DNA of 63,247 bases, the filler included, from Licmophora abbreviata (lineage: Eukaryota): NCBI GenBank assembly GCA_900291995.1. It is 10 parts of 10 records of this genome, joined end to end, with 100 filler letters (N's around TTAATTAATTAA, not from the genome) between each part and the next. Parts side by side here need not be neighbours in the genome. Positions count along the whole stretch, not along the records: positions 1 to 14,253 come from OLMU01004217.1; positions 14,354 to 26,465 come from OLMU01004218.1; 8 more parts are not named here. The stretch is one strand, 5' to 3'. This document shows, piece after piece, positions 10,357-22,362 of the stretch. Both the position numbers and the translations under genes were made by a program. The notes below the pieces were generated by a model. The model was not told the DNA's origin, searched no databases, and saw only the letters and a program-made list of their open reading frames with translations. The number at the start of each line of letters is the position of its first letter. Position 1 is the first letter of the stretch.

Positions 10357-12014
10357 ATGCCTGTTGATTTGGGACTCTTTCGTCCTATTGAGGAGAATGG
10401 AAACATCTGTCAGGTGAAAGGTTGGCAGAGATTAAGAAATGAGACGACCGGCGGCGAAGAGGCCGAAACCTGGGACCCTCTTCTGTCCTCAATACAAGCC
10501 TGGGAGACAGAGCGTCGTACAGCGCGGCAGCGACTTCATGAACAGTATCGGCTTCTCAATGAGTTCCAGCGAATGCTCTCCCCCAAGGTGTCTGAGTCGG
10601 ACGATGTTCGCGCGGACGCGAGATCGCGAATCGAGATACTTCGAAGAGACACTCTGCCCGAACTCGAGTCGATGGTCGACCATCTCACAGAAAATCTGGA
10701 AGAAGCCTTGCCACGGGTTGGAAATGAAGTAGACACCGACTTGTCAGTTGACTTTATTGAGGGAACAGCTGTTCCGTCGCCCCATTCTGCAGTTTTTGCC
10801 GGGCTTAATGTTATCATCGATCCTCTGCTTTCTCTTGGTGGCTACGAAAGGTTGGACGACGGCCATGCTACAATCTTGACAGGTCCGGGTGCTATTCTGT
10901 CTCGTTCCATGACAGAGGCAGCCCTACGAGTAGCTTGCCTCTCGGATGAGTACTCCCACTTGGTTGGATCTATTTCTGTGGACGCTTCTTTGATGCGCGC
11001 TCTACTGGGATGCCATTCCCCACCAGCTGGTGAGCGACCCAGCAACTGTCTCATCTGTGCCAGCGTGCCGCCGACGAACTCTGGGTCGACCAGATCCTTC
11101 TTGTTGGAGGCCCCGCCTGTTGTAGTACTGTCCAAACGACATCAAAACCTCACGTACTGGGATCGGCAGCTCCCACATGGATACTCTTGCACGACTCGTG
11201 GTGCTGGACACCTCGATGCGCGTGAGGGAGCGCGGCGACAGACCTTTCGAAGATGCAAGCGCCCGTGGTTTCAGGGGATACACGACAAAGTCGAGGTCTT
11301 TGCCTTGACGGGGAATACAATGGGTGAGTCACGGGAAGTTCAAGTTGAGCTGGCGAGAAAAATACGAATCTTTCATCAATCACTGCTTGTCAACAAGGAT
11401 GACCGCACGGTCCAACACTTTGTCCGCCTCAATAGGATTCCTCTATGCGAGTTGCTTCCCAGCGAAGCGAGTCGGATTCTTGTGGAAGGATATCTTCCAA
11501 GTCTGAAAGCCTACGTCACCTTGGGTTACGTTTCAAACTTCACTGATTTCATGTCGCGAGAGACCAAGACAAAGTGCGGTGAGGAGGGATTCGTTCACAC
11601 GGTACATGGTGTCATATGCAGTGTGCCGGAATCTATGGAGTGGATGTTACAGAATAGTATCGTGGATCAAGATGGAGAGGTGGGCATAGGAATTGCTCCC
11701 TGTATGGCAATGGAGTTCAAAGTTAAAAAGATAGCAGGCATGAAGAGATGGCTGTGTTCTTGCCATTGAGACGACGTGTACAACATGGCAAGGGCGGGAA
11801 GATCATTGTCAGGGAGCTTTGTGATTCAGTTACTCCTCGACCTCTCGATCATATTCGCAATGAGGGAGAACGAGCAGAGGCGATGTCGAACCTTTCCCAC
11901 GCTAGCAAAACAAAAGTCAAAGAGCCATTTGCATTGGCTGGACAACCTACGCCCTCGCAGATTTCAGGTGAGGCGCTAAGCTGCCCCTTCGACTTTCTGC
12001 CAATGTATCGCTAG
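10357..12014 (+). CDS. Degenerate seryl-tRNA synthetase-like protein; apparent frameshift near 11725 (ORF 10357-11769 continues in ORF 11748-12014)
   Basis: SerRS-like N-terminus MPVDLGLFR, coiled-coil arm, LPRVGNEV, RQLP, DKVEVF, EGYLPSLKAY...VSNFTDFMSR and VHTVHG. Motifs 2 and 3 are degenerate. Confidence 0.7.
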
Positions 12015-12052
12015 CTTCTGTGGTCGGCGGCGGACACTTTTGATTTTTAGCT

Positions 12053-13666
12053 TTAGGCAAACAAACTCTTAATGACCGACTGCACACTCAAAGGTTTCAA
12101 ATGATTGTACTTTTGTCCTGTTCCACAAAAGACAATCGGCGCCCCCGTGACGTGCGTCATGGTCAGCGCAGCGCCGACCTTGTCGCCAACCGTGTCGAAC
12201 TTTGTCAAGACAATACCATCAATCTGCCTCGAATGACCACCACTCCGGAACGCTTTGTTGAACATGTTCAACTGGTCGATACCATCATTGCCCACCAGGG
12301 CTTCGCACACAAACAGAACCAGATCACAGTCGTTCTCCACGAGTAGCTTCGACAGCGCCTTCATGAGAGGTACGTTGTTCTGCATTCTTCCGGCAGTGTC
12401 AATCATCACAACGTCATGCTTCTCTTCTGTTGCATGTACAATCGCAGCTTGAGCGACAGACGAGGGATCTTTTGCATAGCCCTTGTGGTAGAGGGGAACG
12501 TAGAGACACTTGGCATGAACGTTCAATTGCTCCACCGCTCCACTTCGAAAAGTATCGCAGGCTGCTACCATGGGATTGCAGCCGCTCGATTTTAAGTAGT
12601 ACGCAATCTTGGCTAGACTCGTACTCTTTCCCACACCGTTGATTCCAACCATGCAAATTACGTAGGGTCTCGCACTGCCCCTCGTCAAGAGCGTTCCATC
12701 CCTCTTGGTCACAACAGCCCTCAAGACATTGACTTCTCGGTGCTTGGGCGGTTGCAGAATCTTGGTAATGGCGGACTCGAGCGCCTGTCGGACAGCAGTC
12801 TTGACACGTGAGAAGGACTGCAGCCTCTTCCCGACTAGCTTGTTCTGGACGGTCGAACAGATCTCCTTGGCAATGTCATTGGCCACATTCTTGCTCGTGA
12901 GCAATTTCTGCATCTCCAACAAGGGGGCTTCTAGATCCTGGGCAGTCAAGACTTTGGTTCCTGCCATTTGATCCAATAATCCCTTGAGCGAGGATCCCCA
13001 AGAGCCATCGGAGCCTTCATCCGTATCATCCAGCCGATCTTCCTCTTGCCATGCGGGTATGTCGTCGGGAGAAGGCAAGTAGGCAGCTCGTGCTTCGGCC
13101 AAGGCCGAAGATCCTTCCAGCGCATCATTGTCTAGCAACCCTTCCGCACCCTGATCCTTTGAATAATCCAATTCGTTCATGGCCTCCTTGGTGACCTTGG
13201 CCTCGCCCCAGACACGCTTCTCTTTCCCCGCCCGCTTGCCCTTGGTCTGAGCAGACGATGCTGCAGTCGCGGTGTTGAGCTGCGCCAAGTTCTCCACGCT
13301 ATTTCTTGTTGAAAGCGCCTGCTTTCGCAAGACATGAAAGGTCTGATCAAATAGTTCGGCGTTGTCGGAAGCTTGTTGAAAGAGATCATACTCGTGCAGA
13401 ACAGAGCGTAGTAGATGGGCCAGCGTGCGGCCACGCGACACGACGTTGGGGTATACCGTGATAGCAATGGAGGTGCTGGACTCCTCCCATTCGATCATGT
13501 CTTTGTGGACGACGCATTGTTTGGATTTGGAAGCAGTAGGATCCAGGAGTGTTTGGGAAATGAAGGAGTTTATCTTTTGGGCGGTAGAGTGGGAATTCTC
13601 GTGGGGCGCAAGATACTGGTAGAGAATCAAGCCTCCTTTCGAAAAGATCGTCAGGCTATCTAGCAT
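12053..13666 (-). CDS. SRPRA: Signal recognition particle receptor alpha subunit
   Basis: N-terminal longin start MLDSLTIFSKGGLILY. GTPase motifs GINGVGKSTSLAK, DTFRSGAVEQL, DTAGR, TKFD and GTGQKY. Confidence 0.96.
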   Translation of the reverse strand: MLDSLTIFSKGGLILYQYLAPHENSHSTAQKINSFISQTLLDPTASKSKQCVVHKDMIEWEESSTSIAITVYPNVVSRGRTLAHLLRSVLHEYDLFQQASDNAELFDQTFHVLRKQALSTRNSVENLAQLNTATAASSAQTKGKRAGKEKRVWGEAKVTKEAMNELDYSKDQGAEGLLDNDALEGSSALAEARAAYLPSPDDIPAWQEEDRLDDTDEGSDGSWGSSLKGLLDQMAGTKVLTAQDLEAPLLEMQKLLTSKNVANDIAKEICSTVQNKLVGKRLQSFSRVKTAVRQALESAITKILQPPKHREVNVLRAVVTKRDGTLLTRGSARPYVICMVGINGVGKSTSLAKIAYYLKSSGCNPMVAACDTFRSGAVEQLNVHAKCLYVPLYHKGYAKDPSSVAQAAIVHATEEKHDVVMIDTAGRMQNNVPLMKALSKLLVENDCDLVLFVCEALVGNDGIDQLNMFNKAFRSGGHSRQIDGIVLTKFDTVGDKVGAALTMTHVTGAPIVFCGTGQKYNHLKPLSVQSVIKSLFA

Positions 13667-14067
13667 TTTTAGTCTCGAGGAAGCAAAGAGGATTGGCGTG
13701 GTAATCAATGGAGGAGCGGTGCAGCTGGGAGGTCCTCAAGGGCGGTCGTAGTCTATGTGGCTGCTAAGTTCGACATCTTTTGTGTTGTGTGTGTTCACGA
13801 CTTCTCCGTACGAGTACCAGCAAGTACCCCGATGGTCGTTTTGCCAATTTTGAATGTTGTCGATTGTCAGAGCTTTTCATGAAAGTCGTCTGTGCCTCGC
13901 ACGATAGCTCGTGTTTACGCGTAGAATGTACGCACGACTCAGTACAGGTACTTGAGGTCGAGTGTGTCGTCCGGATTCCAAAAAGACTTGCGATCGAGAG
14001 AGAAAAAAGACCGCAGTCTCTCTGCACAGCCGTTGTGAGCGTCGTCGCCCTCTTTGCCCTGTAAAGC

Positions 14068-15118
14068 ATGAAGATTGTAGGAATTGCTGTTGTGAGAACG
14101 GGTCCGGACCTTCCGGAACCTATCCCCTTGAGTATGGCGTGTGATTTGTCCAGCTTTGGCTTCTTCCAAAGACAGGTGAGCTTCCATTTGTGTGCCACGT
14201 AGGAAGTACGCAACCTCAGTACTGGAGCAAGTTCGGCAACGAGAATGTTGCCANNNNNNNNNNNNNNNNNNNNNNNNNNNNNNNNNNNNNNNNNNNNTTA
14301 ATTAATTAANNNNNNNNNNNNNNNNNNNNNNNNNNNNNNNNNNNNNNNNNNNNACCTCAGTACTGGAGCAAGTTCGGCAACGAGAATGTTGCCACGACGG
14401 CAGTTTCAAGTTGCTTTTTCTCATCGACGGGAGCTGAAACGTGCAGCATCGTGCAGATCAGATAGATAGGAAGGGTAGAGGGGACTGCTTCGTGTTGTCT
14501 GATCTTCGGTGGCTCTTGAGAATGAGCCAAGCACGCCGCCTCCTCTTGACAATGCGACTTGACTCCCACTTTTATCTCTCACCACCCTGTTTTGCCAATC
14601 GTCGCTCTTGCCAATCCACACAGTCCGTGAAAGAAATGCTCATGTTCCTCACCAAAACATTCTCCAAACGAACACTTCCGGGACAGCGACAATCGGTCAC
14701 ACACGAGGGATACGTGGTTCATTGCTATACTCGCTCCGACGGACTTGGAGGCACTGTCACGACTGATCTCGAATATCCCGCACGAGTTGCCTTTGTATTG
14801 CTGGGACAGCTGCTGGAGGACTTCACGGCCACAGTCGGTGAGACCTGGAAGGATGTTACGACTCCAGAGAGCGTGGCCTTTCCTCAGCTGGAAGAGTACC
14901 TGCAGAAGTATCAGGACCCCGCAGCCGCTGATAAGGTTACCAAGATCCAGAAGGACTTGGATGATACCACTCAGATCTTACACAAAACCATTGACAGTGT
15001 CCTGGAACGAGGAGTCAAGCTGGACAACCTGGTGGAACGTTCTGATGACTTGTCGCGGCAGTCCAAAATGTTTTACAAGCAGGCCAAGAAGACAAATAGT
15101 TGCTGTGTCATTTCCTGA
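14068..15118 (+). CDS. YKT6: Longin R-SNARE YKT6; exons 14068-14175 and 14624-15118 (the intron spans an assembly gap)
   Basis: Exon 1 encodes MKIVGIAV...DLSSFGFFQRQ. Exon 2 has YPARVAF, the SNARE motif VLERGVKLDNLVERS and C-terminal CCVIS (prenylation CAAX). Confidence 0.95.
14254..14353. other. Artificial contig linker N44-TTAATTAATTAA-N44 (also at 26466-26565, 34879-34978, 38604-38703, 47211-47310, 55809-55908, 57342-57441, 58513-58612 and 60681-60780)
   Basis: An identical 100-bp spacer with stop codons in all six frames appears at every gap. Confidence 0.97.
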
Positions 15119-15494
15119 AGGATACTCGGGCGGGTACCCTATTTCTAATTGTGTCCTCTTGAAAGAAATCAATGTATAGATCAGTTTCTGTTTGGCTGTA
15201 CATGTAGCTACGCCACGCGCTAGTCTCTGCAGCCGCCATTGCGCCGGCCTACGAGTATGTCATGCCAGCACCGATCATTTGATCATTTGGTGTACACGAC
15301 AGACTGACAGACTCTTCAACCCTGTCGTGCGGCTCGCGTCGCGTCTATCGCCGTTCCATCGTCGCGACAACATCACTCATCACATGCAACATGCAAAGTC
15401 GATGTATGTGAGGAACAGGATGATACGGTAACTTCATCTGCAACAACGTGGCATCAGTGGCTCGAAGCTAGTCTGCAAAACAAGACCGTGAAGC

Positions 15495-16544
15495 ATGTGG
15501 TCGTTGATGGTCCTACGCGCGAGTTCGCGGTGCCCCCCACTGTCGGATGTGACAGGCCCAGCGTCTACTGCTGCGCTCAACATTCATCATCGCTTCTTAA
15601 GCTCGAGGAAAGCGCATTCTGGACGGAAGAACAAGTCCAAGGGTCCGAGAAAACTCAAGCAGAAAAAATCGGAGCCTCACAGAATACCGAAAATGAGGTC
15701 AGACCAAATACCGGCCGCACAATCTATCGTGCCTCCGGTCTTTCTGCGCGTCACTGCTTCGCCCTTTGCGTACGTAGCATCGTGCGCTGTATCTCAGCAT
15801 GAAATCGACCCAAAGGCTCTCTTCATTGAGGAGGAGCGCCCGCCTTCATTTTCCAAAGTTGACTTTCAGTACGTCTCACCGAAGACGTTCGGCCACGAGC
15901 TTCCGTCGTTGGAGATTCCGGAGGTGTCGTTTCTCGGAAGATCGAATGTGGGCAAGTCATCCTTGTTGAATGCTCTCACTAACAGTGATCTAGCACGATG
16001 TTCCAAGCAACCCGGACGAACGCAGCAGGTGAATTACTTCGGCATATTCGATCGAACTGCGACGGAAGACACACGTACGAACGCTAATGCGTTTCTCGTT
16101 GACTTGCCTGGGTATGGTTTTGCGCAAGCACCAGGAGCTCTTGTTCATGGCTGGCAAAAAACAACCCAGGACTATTTGCTACAGCGGCGGGACTCGGGTC
16201 AGATGCGACGAGTGTATTTGCTTGTAGATGCTAGGCGTGGGCCGGTCCAGCTTGATCGGATCATCATGGGTTGGTTCGACGAGGCTGAAATGGAGTATGC
16301 TGTAGTCTTGACAAAAGCAGACCGTGTGAGCCAGCCGCAGATCGTGAAATGTGTAAACGAGGTGTGCATGCGGTACTGTGGTCAACTGGCGGACGGCTAC
16401 GATCATCAAGGGCCAGTTGTACACGTGACGAGTGCTCGAGACGGGCTTGGACTACGAGAACTCATGATATCGATTGATGCCGAGTTTCTAGGGTATAGAG
16501 AAAGGGATGTCAAGATTCAGAAAGGGTTTGGTGAACTTCGTTAG
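15495..16544 (+). CDS. engB: EngB/YihA/YsxC-family ribosome biogenesis GTPase, probably mitochondrial
   Basis: PEVSFLGRSNVGKSS, PGRTQQVN, VDLPGYGFA and LTKAD. Basic N-terminal presequence. Confidence 0.92.
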   Translation: MWSLMVLRASSRCPPLSDVTGPASTAALNIHHRFLSSRKAHSGRKNKSKGPRKLKQKKSEPHRIPKMRSDQIPAAQSIVPPVFLRVTASPFAYVASCAVSQHEIDPKALFIEEERPPSFSKVDFQYVSPKTFGHELPSLEIPEVSFLGRSNVGKSSLLNALTNSDLARCSKQPGRTQQVNYFGIFDRTATEDTRTNANAFLVDLPGYGFAQAPGALVHGWQKTTQDYLLQRRDSGQMRRVYLLVDARRGPVQLDRIIMGWFDEAEMEYAVVLTKADRVSQPQIVKCVNEVCMRYCGQLADGYDHQGPVVHVTSARDGLGLRELMISIDAEFLGYRERDVKIQKGFGELR

Positions 16545-16888
16545 AAAAGTTGCTTTTGATTACGATGGTAGGTATTTTAGTCCTCGTCCATCGTTCGTCG
16601 TTGTGTGGAAAAGAGACTTACGAGTAGATTCTAGATTGAGAGTTGAATTCGAGCTCTCGAGCTCCCTGTGTGTCGGAGGGAAGTTTCGTCGAGTCGAGTC
16701 GAGTCAGTCGAGTCGCGCCATTTTCTCCTGTCGTACGATTTGTACTGATAGCAACGTAGGACACCCACCGACTGACTCGGACGCCTCTCGGTCGCGACAA
16801 TGACGCCGAGGGACACAAAAGAGAGCAGCAGCGGCTCGCGGCTCTTGTGCTTCTTCTCCTTTGTCAGTTCTCGTGATCCGATCATCAA

Positions 16889-19800
16889 ATGCTGGGCGGA
16901 AGAAAGCAAGCCTCGTCGTCGTTTGGCCCAGATGGGCGTCGCGCTCAGGGAGGAGGAACAGCGACCAGGAATGCGGCGTGCCACAGCAGTAACAAGCTGT
17001 TCCAGCCAGGAGCCACGCTCCTTGTCAAGCGCGCTCCGGTCATGAACGGTCTCTCCATCCCTCCGGGCCTTCAACGCAAGTTTCGTAGGCCCATGACGAA
17101 GCGCCGTGCCTACAATTGCCACGCGGACGACGCACTAAGGAGATCTAGTCTAGGACAGAAGCGAAGAATGGATGGCATGTCCAAGCTTATGGCTCGTGCG
17201 GGGCGGGGTCTCGCCTTCCGACTGCCACAGAAGGCTGATATCGGTGATGGCGAGGGAACCTCTGCTGACGAGAGCGACGACGATGATGAAAAGGAGAACG
17301 AGAGACCGTTCGAGCCACTGCTTCTGTGGACTAGTCCTCATCAGGGCGGCGAACCCATGGGTCTGCCTTCGCAAACGTAAGTACTACGTTCCTCCCGTAC
17401 GCCCGCCAAGGCTCTATCTCTCTTACTTCCTTACTTTGCTTCTTCATAGGGTGACAATGATGCAGCCGGACGAATACGGAGTTGAAGTGGCGGTCGAGGT
17501 CGACAAACCAGCTCCGCCCGAGGCATACAGCTCGCAGAATGTCTTTGTTCCCCCCATTCTTGCCAAATGGCTTCGGCCACATCAGCGCGAGGGTGTGCAG
17601 TTCTGCTACGAATGTGTCATGGGACTAAAAGAGTTTGACGGCCAAGGATGCATTTTAGCAGATGACATGGTGCGTTCAAGGCTTGGATGTCCTGGACTGG
17701 CTATGACGGGCTCTCGTTTCATACGATAATATGACATCTCACCTGCATGTTGCTCACATTTCTCGCTATCGAAGGGTCTGGGAAAGACGCTTCAGTCCGT
17801 TGCACTGATCTATACCCTCCTCAAGACTGGAATCACAAGCAATCGCCAGCCGACGGCCAAGCGTGTCATCGTCGTCTGCCCCTGCTCGCTTGTCAAGAAC
17901 TGGGAAAACGAGTTCGTCAAGTGGCTTGGTCCAAACGCAGTCAAGACAATGGCACTAGCCGAGTCCGATCGCAAGACTGTGGAGAAGAGCATTGACCTGT
18001 TCGTGCGGACCAAGATGTTCAACATTCTCATCGTCAGCTATGAAACGATTCGAACTCACGTTGCCAGACTTATCAGGGTCGCTGACTGTTGTGACCTCCT
18101 CGTGTGTGACGAAGCGCATCGCTTGAAGAATAGCGAGAACTTGACATCACGTGCGCTGGATTCCATCCCGGTGCGACGTCGCGTTCTCCTTACAGGAACA
18201 CCAATGCAGAATGACTTGCAAGAGTTCTACGCTATGGTGAATTTCGTCAATCAAGGAGTCCTGGGCACCCAAGACGAATTTCGAAAGAAAAAGCTGTTTC
18301 CGATTCTTCGTGGCCGGGAGCCCGACGCCACCGAGTCACAGAAGCAGAAGATGACGCAGATACAGCGAGACATGAGCGCAACTGTGAATGAGTTCATCCT
18401 GAGACGCATCAACACTCTGAATGCCCAGCACCTTCCTCCCAAGCTCGTTCAAGTCGTGTGCTGCAATCTAACGGAAATGCAACAGAGCATGTACCAACAC
18501 CTTGTCGATAATAAGGCAATGAATCATGTTCTACAAGGCAAACAAGTCAACTGCCTCGGTTCTATTCAGATGCTCATGAAGCTCTGTAATCACCCACGTC
18601 TCATCGTCGAGGACGACACTAAGGCCAAGATCGGTCGAAGAGCTGCATCAAAACACGCCAAGTACACTGACGGAGAAGAAACGAGTGCTACTCCGGGGGC
18701 CTCTGACGTCGCGAAGTACATGCCGTTTGAAGCTGGTGGCAGGGGAAACAATGCACCGGTTCGGCCTGAGTGGAGTGGTAAGATGTTCGTACTCTATCGA
18801 CTCATGAAAGAGATGCGTAGGCCAGGGAACGGCAACGACAAGATTGTTATTGTTTCCAATTACACACAGACGCTTGACCTCATCGGTCGAATGTGCCGCG
18901 AGAACACTTGGGGTTTCTGTCGCCTTGATGGAAGCATCAACATGAAGAAGCGACAAAAGATGGTACGTAAGGAGACATGGGTTAAATGGTCTGTTGCATC
19001 GAGATCGTGGTTTCAAACTCAGTTTCGTCGTTGCCGGTCTGTTTCAGGTTGATGAATTCAACGATCCGGGAAGTTCATTGGTTGCCTTTCTGTTGTCTAG
19101 CAAGGCCGGTGGGTGGTAAGTTTCGTGGTAGTCTATCAGTTCCTTTGGCCGAGCAGCTCCGCACCCTGACCAAACCTCGCGTCCCTTGCGCCAACACGGT
19201 ACACACAGTGGCCTTAACTTGATTGGAGCGAACAGACTCGTTCTATTTGTAAGTGACTTGTCTTGGCTTCTATCACGATGCCTCTCCCACAAGAAGCTTC
19301 ATTCTAACGAAACCACAATCAACTTTTCACAGGACCCAGACTGGAACCCTGCTGTCGACAAGCAGGCCGCAGCTCGCTGCTGGCGCGACGGCCAGAAAAA
19401 ACGCTGCTTCACGTATCGTTTTCTTGCGACTGGCACAGTCGAAGAAAAGATTTTCCAGCGTCAGCTTAGCAAGGAGGGATTACAATCGATCGTCGACGAC
19501 AAGGAGCAAGTCAATGCACTCAGCACCAAAGATTTGCGCAGCCTCTTCAAACTTCGAACCGGCACGCCATCTGACACCCATGACAAACTCCAATGTGAAC
19601 GATGTAAGATCATCGCCGATCATGCGGAAGTGGAAGCGGCGAAGGTCCTTCCCAAGAAACTAGAGGCATGTCGTGAGCTGTTGACTCGCGTAGAACAACA
19701 GCAAGATGCGGCGTTGTTCCTCAAGCCCCTTATTCCAATCGACCATGGTGTGGAGCCCGCCGAGTACGAGAAGCTCGTAAAGCAGCCCATGGATCTTACC

Positions 19801-20834
19801 ACCGTCCGCGGAAAGTTGGAGTTGCCCGCTGATCAGCCATCGGCGTACAAAAGTATCTCAGGAGTATCTAAGGATGTCAATCGAATTTTTGCCAACGTCG
19901 TGAAGGTGTGGTCACCCGGTCAGGAGATTGCAGATGCCGCTCGGCGACTGCAGTCATGGTGGGACGAGGAATGGCACGCGCTTGTGCCCGTCCTCATGTC
20001 GATGAGACCTGACGTTCAAGAAACCGACACGGACAAGATGGAAAGTGATGACAATCTCAATGAGCGGGGTGAAGATTACCAAGAGCAGATAGGAATGCCG
20101 GACGAGGAGAATATGCGCAGCTGGTCTCATCACTACAACACGGACACTGTCGACGACCCGATCTTCCGTGCCGCAACCCGCGACTGTGACTCCGTCTCCT
20201 TTGTTTTTGGTCTCGAAGTGACGTGGAGCCTTATCCAGCAGCGTCAACAGGAGGAAGAGGACAGGCGGGCTATGGACGATATTCAACAGATTCAGGAGAT
20301 ACACGATGGCGAGAACAGCTGTGAAGACGACGACGAGGATTCAGACGACGGAGGGGTCAGAGTGGCGATGAGGACAGCAACGCAATTGAAAGCGATGATT
20401 CGGACGAAGAAGAGGGCGACGATGAAGCCGCTCAGCCTGAGGAAGAGAAGGGCGTGGAATATGACCAGGAAGAGGAGCCTTTTGTCGACGAAAAGGATGC
20501 ATCGATGGAGACGCAGTCTTCGCAAGAGATGGAATCGCCGGAAGTCAGCCGTAAAACGTCCCCAGCGATATCGACCTCGACAGAATCCACCGAGTCAGTG
20601 GAAGACTCACAGCGTTCGTCTGAGAGCGAGGGGGGTTCGTCTAGTACGCAGGGAAGCGACACTCGATCGAGCCAGTCTTCTCAAAGCATCGCCGCTGACA
20701 GTTCAGCGAATGGCGAATGGGCGTGCCCCACCTGTACCCTAAGCAACAAAAAGTCTGCTCGCAAGTGTGCAGCCTGCAATGGGAAGCGTCCTCCGCGTGC
20801 GAAGAAGCGCCGCACGATCGTCGACTCTGACTAG
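16889..20834 (+). CDS. RAD54: RAD54-family SNF2 DNA translocase with a bromodomain-like insert and C-terminal RanBP2-type zinc finger; introns 17377-17449, 17670-17774, 18963-19047, 19116-19208 and 19249-19332; apparent frameshift at ~20353
   Basis: [81 protein letters not shown] and [10 protein letters not shown] all assemble across canonical GT-AG introns. C-terminal [10 protein letters not shown]...CAAC. Confidence 0.92.
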
Positions 20835-20989
20835 AGGTTGATGAAGGCTTCTGGATTGGAGAATTCAGCCATGTATGCGCATACAATAGTCTAGAGAACG
20901 AATTCTGGATCATCTTTGTTTTTTAGCAGTTCGAGTGTTTAACTTTGCTGGTTCCCTCGGCGATTAGAGCCGAATCCGATCAGCCAGAA

Positions 20990-22171
20990 CTAACGAATCA
21001 GTGGGAGAAGCAAATAAGACATGTAGAAGAGTTTCCACAAGTGCATGTAATAAGAGTAGACCTGCTTCGAGTTCTCTGGGTCGATTGTTTCGGCTTCATT
21101 CCTCACCGATACCCCTCCAACGAGCGAGAAGACTCCAACAATGCTTCGACAGACCGCTGCGGGAACCGAAGGCGCTTCAAAGGCAGCCTTCAAGAAAGCA
21201 GCGCCGCATCCGACAAAAAGCGTTGTCAAGAGCCGTCTCATGGTATTAAAAATTCTCTTTTGACCGATTCGAACACTGAAGGTTCTAATATTGAGCACTT
21301 TGTCTCCAGTGACATCCGGCACGTCCTTCATCAGTGCAATGACAATTCCGAATACACCAAAGAACAAACTGGAGATCAAACAGGTACGATCCGTAAGCAA
21401 ATAGTGCAAGACTGACGAGGCCTGGCTACCGAATGCTGCGACACGGGCGTGTGCAAAGAAGCTCGCGTTGATGATGGTTCCCCGTACAGCGACAATACAG
21501 AATGCCGCTAGCAGTGGGAAACGCTTGAGACGAAAGGGCGGCAAGCTGTATAGCGTTCCAAGAATCCCTGACCCCCACAGGGCGACATTCAACCCTTGAG
21601 TACCAAGAACTGGGTGTGCCACTCCCAACCAGAGAGATGCCATGAGCGCTGCAAGTACGATGAACGTCGCATCACGAGGGGAAAGATCTCCGGCGGCGAT
21701 AGGAAGCGTGGGCTTGTTGATTCTATCGATCTCCACGTCTGTAATCTGGTTGAGCCCGGTTATGTACAAATTCATCAAAAGCGCCGGAACCATTGCGTAT
21801 ACCATGGAAACAAGGCTTGCCAAGGAGAAAGCGGCCCTGTAGGACGGCGCCGCCAGGGCGTGAAGCGCTGGAATGGCCAAAGCGGAGCCAATGATTGTGT
21901 GTGGTCGAGTGAAACGCCAGAGCACAATCGGGAAAGGAACGACGGGGTCAGACTGGGAGGTACCGATGGCAGTTGTCCCGGTTGCCACTTTCTTTAGTTT
22001 CGTGGCGTCCTGAGATGTGTTACACTTGGGCCCGCTCAATGGGAGGCCAATGGGCCTTATTGGGACCTGGTTCCCCGGCACTGGAGCGGCGTGGCGGGAA
22101 AACGTCGTAAAACTGGACCCAGGTACGACGAATGCCACCAGAAGGACAGCTCCAGCTTTGCCTCTTCTCAT
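20990..22171 (-). CDS. Homogentisate prenyltransferase (HPT/VTE2-like, UbiA superfamily), plastid-targeted
   Basis: LWRFTRPHTIIGS, GLNQITDVEIDRINKP, YSLPPFRLKRFP, MKDVPDVTGD and YMHLWKLFY. N-terminal signal peptide ending GSS-F. Confidence 0.9.
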   Translation of the reverse strand: MRRGKAGAVLLVAFVVPGSSFTTFSRHAAPVPGNQVPIRPIGLPLSGPKCNTSQDATKLKKVATGTTAIGTSQSDPVVPFPIVLWRFTRPHTIIGSALAIPALHALAAPSYRAAFSLASLVSMVYAMVPALLMNLYITGLNQITDVEIDRINKPTLPIAAGDLSPRDATFIVLAALMASLWLGVAHPVLGTQGLNVALWGSGILGTLYSLPPFRLKRFPLLAAFCIVAVRGTIINASFFAHARVAAFGSQASSVLHYLLTDRTCLISSLFFGVFGIVIALMKDVPDVTGDKVLNIRTFSVRIGQKRIFNTMRRLLTTLFVGCGAAFLKAAFEAPSVPAAVCRSIVGVFSLVGGVSVRNEAETIDPENSKQVYSYYMHLWKLFYMSYLLLPLIR

Positions 22172-22362
22172 TTTTGTTCACTGGTGGTCCTTCGAGCCGG
22201 AAATGTCTGATACCGTCACGATGGATCGCCAAGGTTCATCGGCGGTCCATGTGATCGGTGATGCACGCACCACGCACCGCATGAAGCATCAGCCACAAAT
22301 ACAAACACAAACACAGCGCGCAGATGGTGACACGTCACCGACGACATCTCGATGAGCAACTT

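Noticed and set aside
14298..14309. Repeated TTAATTAATTAA palindrome as a biological repeat or recombination site
   Set aside because: It is always centred in N-runs of fixed length, so it is an artificial six-frame-stop contig linker.
20340..20742. Programmed -1 frameshifting in RAD54 and other genes
   Set aside because: No canonical X XXY YYZ slippery site with a downstream structure was evident, and homopolymer sequencing error is simpler.
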